The notes under the pieces were generated by a model. That model worked only from the letters and a program-made list of their open reading frames with translations, was not told the origin of the DNA and ran no database searches. Of a stretch of DNA of 64,000 nt, positions 54,839-64,000 are shown piece after piece. Numbering within the stretch: the stretch's first letter is position 1; each line of letters begins with the position of its first letter. Location: assembly GCF_009914755.1 (NCBI RefSeq), contig NC_060932.1; one strand, 5' to 3'. Both the position numbers and the translations under genes were made by a program. The DNA comes from the human T2T-CHM13v2.0 reference genome, Homo sapiens.

Positions 54839-55368
54839 AAAGAAAACTGGACCTCAAAAAAAGTAATAAGAAAGGAATTGGCTAACATTCTGGTAATTTA
54901 AAATAATAATTATTTATAAAAACTAACAGTAGTTCTAATGATACTTGAGTTTTTAATAACAAGACAGAATTAAAATACATGACAAAGATAAGAATGCAGT
55001 CCTTTGAGTTAAATAATTATATCTAAATCCTTTTATTATGTTAGCTGAGAAAATATATAGTAATTTGTTCTAGACTTTGTTAAGTATGCATGCTAAAAAC
55101 TAAATACCATTTGTTAGAAAAATAGCAATAACAATGTAACTTTCACAAAAGCTAAAGGGAAAAATGGAGAATATAGCAATTCAATACCCAGTATAAGAGA
55201 AGGTAAAAAAATGAAAACAATACAAATAAGCAAAGAAAAAAGTTGATAAATAGAAGGTAGTAAGTAAAATTGTTAGCAATGTGTCCAAATGTATTAGTGA
55301 TTAGAATAAATATAAAATGTTTTATCAATTTATATAGAAGTATTTTCAGATTTAATTGAAGTAAAAAA

Positions 55369-55560
55369 AAGCTTTTTGCTACTTGCAAAAGACAACCTTA
55401 ATATATAAGAGCAGATAAAGCTTAATGCTACTTGCAAAAGACATGCTTAGTATATAAGAGCAGATAAAGTTTTAAAGTAAAGGAGTAATAAGCTTTATGC
55501 TACTTGCAAAAGACATGCTTAATATATAAGAGCAGGTAAAGTTTTTAAGTAAAGTAATAA
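55369..55560 (+). repeat. Tandem triplication inside an old L1M endonuclease region
   Basis: Three copies of aagctt..tgctacttgcaaaagaca...tatataagagcag.taaag starting at 55369, 55418 and 55490. Confidence 0.9.
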
Positions 55561-55811
55561 AACATACATGCCAGGTAAACAATAAGCTGAATAAAGTTGA
55601 TATAACTATAAGAAGACATAGACATTAGGACAATAAACAATAAACATTATTTAAGATAAAGAAAATTACAATTACAAAAGGAACAACTTTTCAACAAGAT
55701 ACAACAATCCTAAACTTGTGTGTACCTGAAACATGACAAAAAATAAAAAATAAAAATCTGATATAGTTACAAGGTGAAATAAGCAAATCTGTAATCTTAC
55801 TGAGAGGATTA

Positions 55812-56802
55812 CAGTCGATCTTTGAACAATACTGGTTTAAACTCTGTGGGTTCATTTATACGTGGAATTTTTCAGAAAATATATTGGAAATCGTTTTGGA
55901 GATGTGTGACAATTTGAAAACACCGGGAGATAAACCACATAGAAATATCAAAAAAATTAATAAAAAATTAGGCATGTCCTGAATGCATAAATATATATAT
56001 ATATACTATTTTATCATTTACTACAATATAATATATACACATGTATTATAAAAAGTTAAAATTTTTATTAAAACATGCACACAGACTGTACATGGAAAGA
56101 TACAGTATTAAATCATAACTATAAAATTAACTATACTACATACTGTACTACGATAATAATTTTGTAGCCATCTCCTGTTGCTATTGCAGTGAGCTCAAGT
56201 GTTGTGAGGAATATGTACTTGAAATGCTTTGTGATGCTAGTCATCTCCTCTTGAGCAGTTTATCTCTCCAGTAAATTGTGTATTGCGATAAAAAGTGATC
56301 TCTGGAGGTTCTCACATAGTTTTCATCATGTTAGTGTGATACCATAAACCTTGAATAACACCATGGGACTCATACTAAATGCAACTAGTGATGCTGGAAA
56401 TGCTCCCAAGAAACAGAGAAAAGTCCTGACATTATATGAAAAAGTTAAATTGCTTGATATGCACCATAGATTAAGGTCTGCAGCTAAGGTTGCCCACCAC
56501 TTCAAGAAAAGTAAATTCAGCATAAAGACCACTTGGGAAAAAAGAAAATAAAATTTATAAACTTTGCACTTTTTGGGAAAGGCTGTTTATCTTGTATTGA
56601 AAATGTAGCTTTTATGTGGGTGCAGGATTATTATAAGAAAGACATAGTTACAGACTTGAATAATTCAAGAAATAGTAAAGTCATTATATGACAACTTAAA
56701 GCAGAAGGAAAGTGAAGGATCTAAAGCTGGAGGAGTTAATGCCAGCAAAGGATAGCTTTATAATTTTAGAAAGTGGTCTGGCTGAAAAAAATGTCAAGAT
56801 AA
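55812..56802 (+). mobile_element. Tigger2-family DNA transposon, 5' part with transposase remnant
   Basis: TA followed by TIR-like cagtcgatctttgaacaa; ORF remnant APKKQRKVLTLYEKVKLLD...AKVAHHF is a CENP-B/pogo HTH. Confidence 0.85.
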
Positions 56803-57429
56803 CCTTAACTTACACGATCAATTTAGTGAAAATAGCTAGACAAGAATCTTGTATGTATGGAGTGATTATGGTTTTTACTAATACACAAAGAATACTAGAC
56901 AATGTAACAAAATTCAAAGATGGTTGTGCAACTGGGGTGCAATTATGATTAGTGATAATTATAAAAATTTTTATGTGATTATCAAGTTAATAATGAGACA
57001 TTTATTTTTGCTGATAAAGGATCTCTGAACAAACTAATCTGATTCATCTACAGAGAATAAGATTTTTATATGGCTTTTATGACAGTCAATCTTCAGAAGA
57101 TTGTCTTCTGATGTTCAGATAATTTATTTAAGGTATGTAATTGTGCGTGTGATTACCGCTGTACAAATTCATAAGTTGTGCAAATCTAGTAGATAAAGAA
57201 GAAGGAGACACAAAGGGGAAAGAGAATAGGAAAAGACTACTGTCAATGGGAGAAAGTGTTACGTTAGAATGATAATCACTATGCCAGGTGAGTATTAAAA
57301 CCAAGGGAACTTCCGCAGGTGGCCAGGCTATCTGAACATGAGAACCATTGTGAGAAGAAATTCTTTTCACTACAGTCGGGATTATGAGACAGAATATGGA
57401 AAAGGAAGAGTGTAGGTCTAGGATTGGAC

Positions 57430-57640
57430 AGATTTTACCATGTATAAGATGCATGGCCTTGGGAAGTAGCTTAACTCCTTGGGAAGTCACTTAACTCCAA
57501 GAGCCTTGCCTATTTTTTAACCCGTAAAATGGATTTTTATTTATAAGAACCAAAAATATTAAAATGTTGTAAAAATTAAATATGACCAATTATGTAAATC
57601 ACCAAACCCTTAGCAATAGGTGCTAAATAAATGCTAGTTC
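57430..57640 (+). mobile_element. MIR with internal 20-bp duplication
   Basis: ccttgggaagt..cttaact twice; cgtaaaatgg core; ggtgctaaataaatgctag end. Confidence 0.7.
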
Positions 57641-58745
57641 AATTAACCATTTCTTTGTGTTCCCATAATAACTTTTACATATTTAGTGATGGCCTTTTAT
57701 TCATTTGAACACATTGTCATTTCCTATATTGATTAAGTCTAAGTGTACAAACTGTTAATGCTGTAGGTATCAATAATAGAAGTTATTTAGTAGTATTCAT
57801 GTTAATATACTTATATGAAAAAATGGTTATCTCGTGCAATTCTTAAGTAATTTTTATTTTTGATCAGCTTCATTTTATGATTATATAAAGGCTACATTTA
57901 TAGCTGCTCCAGCTGAAACTTCTTTCATTGAATATATAATTTTAGGGTTTATGAACACAGAATAATCAGTGATACTTTCATCATTGTGATTTTCATCTTT
58001 TCACTGGGAACTACTGAAGGAGATTAGGAATATTTGTTTTAACGAGAAACTCTGAACACCCTGAAATAAGCCACCTTCCTTCACAATGAACCTATTACCT
58101 ACATTGTCTATCTAAGTTGCTATCTTACATTATTATCACTCTCAATCTTAGATTTCTGAATAGTTCCTTAGTGGTGCCACGTTTCCTCATTACCATGCTT
58201 AACCGTCATTTTTATGAGTATTATTTCATTTCCCTAACCTTGAAGTGCAGGATTGAGCTTTGAATTCATTTAACTAAATTACAGGGTAAGACTGTGTAAT
58301 GCTTGTGACTGTCAAAAGATTTCTAATAGGAAAAAAAAGAAAATTATATAACCAGCTGGAAAAGAACCAATGTTTACTAAGTAGTTTATATATGCAGTGA
58401 AATGCTGCATATGAAAATGATAGCGACTCTTAAGAACCACAAAGGGCTAAGATCAAAATGTTTTTCATTTTTTATAGTTGAATTTAGGCTTTAAAGTTTT
58501 AGAGGGTTGGGTGATAATCTTGGTGTCGAATATTTCAACTTACAAAAAGATATTTGAGTGGCATTGATGATTGTGCATGTTATATTTTCACTTTGCTGGT
58601 TGGCGCTCTGCTAGGTACTTCCAATTGGGCTGCTAGAGGAATATTGCAGGGCTGAGGGAGAAGATAGGGAAGTGTAAGATAACACCGAGTGGTAAGGCAG
58701 GTTGGCTAAGTGCAGGGTAGATGCCACAGGTAAAAGCCTTAATTG

Positions 58746-58914
58746 TCCCCTCTCCTCCCCCCTCCCTCCCCTCCCTTCTTCTTTCCTTCCCTTCCCTTCT
58801 TCTTTCCTTTCCTTCCCCTTCCCCTCTCCCTTCCCCTTTCCCTTTCCCTTTCCCTTTCCTTTTCCTTTTCCCCCTCCCCTCCTCTCCTCTCCTCTCCTTC
58901 TTCTTTTCTTTTTT
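58746..58914. repeat. Polypyrimidine/polypurine tract with (CCCTTT)n-like units
   Basis: About 169 nt composed only of C and T on the + strand. Confidence 0.95.
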
Positions 58915-59559
58915 ATGAACACTGGACACCCTAAACATCTTTACAGGGTTTGTCTGGCTAACTCCTTAAATCTGTGATCCTTGTGAAAGGAAAGAACTGT
59001 ATTATTAAGAGTCATGAAGCCCTGCTTTTGGAAACCTCTATAAAAGAGCTGTCAGTGAGCAGAGGAAAGAGCCTCTTCATTGGTCAGAGAAGAGCACTAC
59101 AGGCCAGCTGTCCAGAGGAAATGAGCTGCAGTGTAGGACATAGATCAACTTCCAACACTCTATCCCCCTCAGAATGTAAAGATTACTGGAAAATATTAGA
59201 CTCCCTTCTAATCAAACATGAGGATGCTCAGAGCACTAGAATTGAGATACTGTGAATTTTGCAGAGTTTAACTTATCACCAATGAGGCTCCACTAATTTG
59301 TAAGTGATTTTTGTTTAAAATAAAATGAATGCTATAATATTCATAAATTTATATATCCACTATCTAGTTAATGAGTATTTATTAAAGATGTCAAATTTAT
59401 TATCAGGCTACCTGCTACTCTACTAAAAAACATAATATTTCCAGCATATTCTATTTGTTGTAAATGACATGATAAAGGGACTTAGGTACATAAATAATTT
59501 TGGTATATGCATTTATTGTAGTTTCCACAGAAAATTATTAAGAGTACTGTGAGGAATAG

Positions 59560-60002
59560 TGTATTAGTCAGGGTTGTCTAGAGGGACAGAACTAACAGGA
59601 TAGATGTATAAAAAGGGGAATTTATTAAGGAATATTAACTCACACAATCACGATCAGAAGGTCTCACAATAGGCTGTCTGCAAGCTGAGGAGCAAGGAAG
59701 CCAGTCTGAGTCCCAAAAGAAGGAGTCCGATGTTTGAGGGCAGGAAGCATCCAGCATGGGAGAAAGATGTAGGCTTGGAGGCTAAGCCAGTCTGATCTCT
59801 CCATGTTCTTCTGCTGCTTTTTATTCTAGTTGCACTGGCAGCTGATTAGCTTGTGCCCACCCAGATTAAGGATGGGTCTGCCTTTCCCAGCCCACTGACT
59901 CAAATGTTAATCTCCTTTGGCAACACTCTCACAGACACAACCAGGATCAATACTTTGCGTCCTTCAGTCCAATCAAGTTGACACTCAGTATTAACTATTG
60001 CA
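59560..60002 (-). mobile_element. MLT2A (HERVL) solo LTR
   Basis: Reverse of tgtgatggttaatactgagtgtcaacttgattgg; 5-bp TSD AATAG at 59555-59559 and 60003-60007. Confidence 0.9.
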
Positions 60003-61494
60003 AATAGTAAATAGTGTATGGCTGATTTAAAAAAAAAGAGAAAAGTAACTAACAGACTGAACATACATATGGACAAAATATGCCAATCGTCATCAGGAAA
60101 TATTTATTGAAATCAGTGTTAATAAATTGTCATATGTATGTCTGGCGATAACACTGACATTTATTTAAGATGCCTGAATGAAATTTTATGTAAAAGAATC
60201 ATGTGATTTTTGAAAATAAAAATTTCAATTCTTAATTTTATGTCCATAATTTTAATTATCATTTTTTAAGCTTGTGCCATGTGACAAGTTGTCAAAGGTA
60301 CCAGGTTATAAGGCATTGAAATGAGGTTGAGTAAAATAGATACCTGAGTTCTCTCTATTCAATTATTTTAAGGTTTAATGCAAAAAGCATTTGATTTGGC
60401 TAAGGGGAAATCAATTAACCTATTGCACTTTTTAAACTTGTGGTAGGAATGAGTTGGGGATTTGGGAGGCTAGAGTAACTAGGTAGATGATTTGGAAATG
60501 AAAGAGACTGAGAAACAAATTAAAAAGGGAGTAAATGCAATGTGGAAATACTTTGGTGGTGAAAAATTGGCAAATGTAGCTCTAAACATTTCATTTTTGT
60601 GAGGAATGGGGATAAGAGAAGAAAACAGTTTTTGACATTTTATTTTTTCTGGAAGTGACATTTCAATTTTAGAATAATTTTAAGACTTCTGGTAAATGGC
60701 ATTTTAAATGCTTAACGTTTTAGGATAAATGTAGATGATTATTATTTCGTGAAACATTTTTATGGTGCATTCTAGCTTTAATATACAAATTGGATTTAAT
60801 TTTTGCCTCTTTAGCAAAACAATTATTTCAGCATATCAACCATTGGGAATATTCTTTTCCCTCTACAGTTTTCATTTGCAAATTTCATTATAGCATGATA
60901 TGGTTACCATCTGGTGTTTCTTATATAACATTACTCAGGCTTTTCAGCTTTGAAATAATATTTCAAAGCAAATGGAAATCCTTTCTGAGGATATCATTTC
61001 ATGTAAGTATCACATTTATAAAACATAGTATAGTTTAAGTTTATACTATTATATATATTGGAAATATGCAGATGGCATATTCATAGAAATTTAAAACCTT
61101 ATTGGTATTTAATAGTTCACCATGCAATTTATCAGGTTCTTCAGATTAGCTTTTTTGCTTAATATTATATTATCATTTTAGTTGTCTTAAAACCTATAAT
61201 TTTTAAATAAATGGATTAAAAAATTTGTCAGGTTTTATAAAGTTTCTTTAAGCATCTCTATTGAATATTTTGTACCTATATCGTCTCTTTTCTGAAGGAA
61301 TATTTAGTTTTCCACCACTCCCTCCTGCCCTCTCTCTCTCTTTAGTTCTCTGTGGTTTTGCTTTTGGAGTCTACTATAATCTTGGCAATAAATTTTCACA
61401 GTTAAATTAAAGTTTTGGATGTGTTTCAATTACAGATATCATTTTATTCATCCATCAAAGGACATATATACAAAGAAAGAATAATTTATATTTT

Positions 61495-61801
61495 ATTTCT
61501 CTTTATTTATTTATTTTTGAGATAGGGTCTCATTTTGTTGCCCAAGCTGGAGTACAGTGGCACGATCATGGCTTACTCAAGTTTTGACCTCCTGGGCTCA
61601 GGCAGTCTTCCCACCTCAGCCTGCCAAGTAGCTGAGACAACAGGTGTGTGCCACCATGTCCAGCTGACTTTTAATTTTTTTTGTTGAAACATGGTCTCGC
61701 TATATTGCCCAGGGTGGCCTTGAACTCCTGGGCTTAAGTGATCCTTCCACCTTGGCATCACAAAGTGCTGGGATTACAAACGTGAGCCACTGCATCCAGC
61801 C
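61495..61801 (-). mobile_element. AluJ
   Basis: Diverged dimer with J diagnostics; near-TSD taatttatatttt / taatttatttttaa. Confidence 0.9.
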
Positions 61802-62139
61802 TTAATTTATTTTTAAGGCAACTTGAGGTCCAGTGGCAAGAACAATGCTAGATACATGATTGGTATCAGTAAATTTTTGTCAAACTGTACTCAATCTGCA
61901 TCATTTATTTTATAGGCTCATTTAACATTGTTGCTTTATATAGATCATAAATTTCTGTCTTTAATTGAAATGGTCTGAATCTTTAAAAATATTTTTATGG
62001 AAATTGATTCATTTGTAATTTTTGTTTCTGACTGACTTATATTGACTTCATCAACAAACATTTACTATTTGGTAGACACTCAAAGACATAATTTCTGTTC
62101 TTTGATAGTGAAGTTTAGCAGATATATACATAAACAAGT

Positions 62140-62618
62140 ATATGTAACAGCTAGCATCAAAAGATAGTTTTGCATACACCATAGTTTCCCAATGAACTAT
62201 GCCTCCCAGAATTCATGTTCTTATATAGTTTTCTCCCGTTGAATTAGGACTGACCTTGCAACCAATATATGGCAAAAGTGATGCTATATAACCTACAAGG
62301 CTAGGTCAGAAGAAGCCTTACAGTCCTGCTTAGGTCCTTTGAAATGCTCCCATACCACTAGAAAGCAGTTGTCAAGTAGGAATCCAGCCTCCTGAGATGC
62401 CATTTTATGAGGAAGCCCAAGGTAGCTGCCTAGTGAAGCTGGGTGAAGAGAGAAAGGCCCAACCAGACCCCAGCTATTCTAGTCAACCTGGCCAGATATG
62501 TGACTGTAGAAGCCAAAAGATGTCTCCAGCTTAAATCACCATGTAAGGGAGCCCAAGTAAGAATGGCCCAGCTGAGCCACCAAGCTTTGGGATAGGTTGC
62601 TATGCAGCAATACATAAT
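62140..62618 (+). mobile_element. MLT1 (G/H-like) LTR
   Basis: aggctaggtcagaagaagcctt...gcccagctgagcc...gttgctatgcagcaata. Confidence 0.7.
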
Positions 62619-63544
62619 GCAACAGTAGCATATGGTGTGATGAGTAAAGAATGGAAGTCTCCATTCAAGGTGTGGAGGGCAGTGGTGTGGCAGAAAGACT
62701 AGAAGGAAGGAAAACATGAGGAATATGGATGGTTTGAAAAACCAAGTCGTAAAGCAGTAAATGATGCTTCTTTCATGTTTTGAACTGCAAAGTAGTTTTC
62801 TAATTGAATCTTTCAAAGGCAGGAGAGTGTGCTCAGAAATCATAGATGGAGTCTAGAGGAAGATGTTCACTAATTCATTTATTTATTTAAGAAACTTTTG
62901 GTAAACTTCTACTAAGTCTAATGTTCTGGGCCATATGTAACCCATCGTTGAGGAAACTGGGCCAGGGAGTGCCATTTACATTTCAGTGAGAATGATGGTA
63001 AAAGGAAGAAAAGAAAATGAGACAGCTGCTGAGGTGGATACAAAGCGGAGGAAAACGAAACAGAATTGTAAGAAACCAAATTATATAAAGGGAGTTAGTT
63101 ACAGGAATATGTTTGGAAACTGAAGATCAGAGGCATAGACAGAGAAGAGGCATAGATGGAAAGAAAGCAGCATTTCTCCCTCTGAGGTAGGCAGAGAATA
63201 AGATGTAAAGATAACGGGAAGACAACTAAGTTTTTAGTGGAGGAGAAATTTATATCAAATGGCATCCGTAGTCCCTGTTGAGCAAAAGGTGAGTTAATTT
63301 GCTCAAAGTAGGACAGGGACTGAAGGGAAAGGAAAGTGGTAACTATTACAGTTTATGTGCTAAGGAATGAGATACAGAGCCAACAAGTGATGATTAGAAT
63401 TACTGTTAAGCTGAACTGAAGGCCCAGTTAAGGTTGGAAATCATGCTTGTCTTGCAGCCAGTCACCATGGTAATGTAAGTTTCTCAGACATGTAGTTCCC
63501 AGAAGCAGAAGGAAAGGAAATGAATGGCTGAGTTTGGTTAGAAA

Positions 63545-63780
63545 GAGTATTTTCAACACTTACCTTAGCAAGTAACATTGAGTGTGAAAAGCTGATGGAA
63601 TAATACATAGAAGTCTTGGGCTTGAGCTCTGACACTTGAAATTCCTGGCAGACCTTGGGAAAATCATCTAGCCAGTTAGCATTTTTCCTCACACATAACA
63701 TGAGAATATTTACCTACTAGATTTCTTATGAGACAAAAACAAACAAAAATAAGTAAAGTACTTTATAAATTTTAAGGTGG
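63545..63780 (+). mobile_element. MIR-like
   Basis: gaagtcttgggcttgagctctgacactt...gaccttgggaaaatca. Confidence 0.55.
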
Positions 63781-64000
63781 ATTTTATTACAAGGTACTAT
63801 TTTTCCTCTTTGATAGCAGGTAAGGACTCATTTGGTGGATGACTTCAATTACGTCTTGTCCGTTGCTGTTTGTCATCTTTTTGAAAATCTGAATTTGCAG
63901 AAAATTGTTTCACAACTTACTTATTCCTCATAGCACTTTCTCTCTTTCTCTCTCTCTTTTTTTCTGTCTTTCTCTGAAAGTCCTGGTTCTAATTTATTGA

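Noticed and set aside
56351-56551. CENP-B-like ORF as a domesticated TIGD gene
   Set aside because: Short, frameshifted, truncated Tigger2 transposase remnant without a catalytic domain.
58611-58977. Overlapping GK/PF-rich ORFs
   Set aside because: Translations of the low-complexity polypyrimidine tract.

Overview
Hominid (human-like) AT-rich, repeat-dense genomic DNA, intergenic or deep intronic. I find no intact protein-coding gene, and nearly all ORFs in the track are repeat-derived or chance. Main landmarks: a full-length, inactivated L1PA3-type LINE-1 (7230-13382, +) that retains the ~129-bp ZNF93-bound 5'UTR segment and has an extended open antisense ORF0; an internally deleted ERVL (LTR16-type) provirus; a tailless 57-nt U2 snRNA pseudogene; a full-length RPL18 processed pseudogene; a twin-primed L1PA5-like fragment; a Tigger2 fragment; and many Alu, MIR, L2, MaLR and ERV LTR copies, several nested. 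The feature least explained by standard repeat annotation is a recurring set of template-copy scars: two diverged 140-220 bp segments each re-inserted 1.5-1.9 kb downstream of its donor, two iterative slippage arrays, and a ~1.2 kb unrecognised insert splitting an old L1. I cannot support a new biological system from sequence alone. Repeat subfamily names come from recalled consensus sequences and need RepeatMasker/Dfam confirmation.
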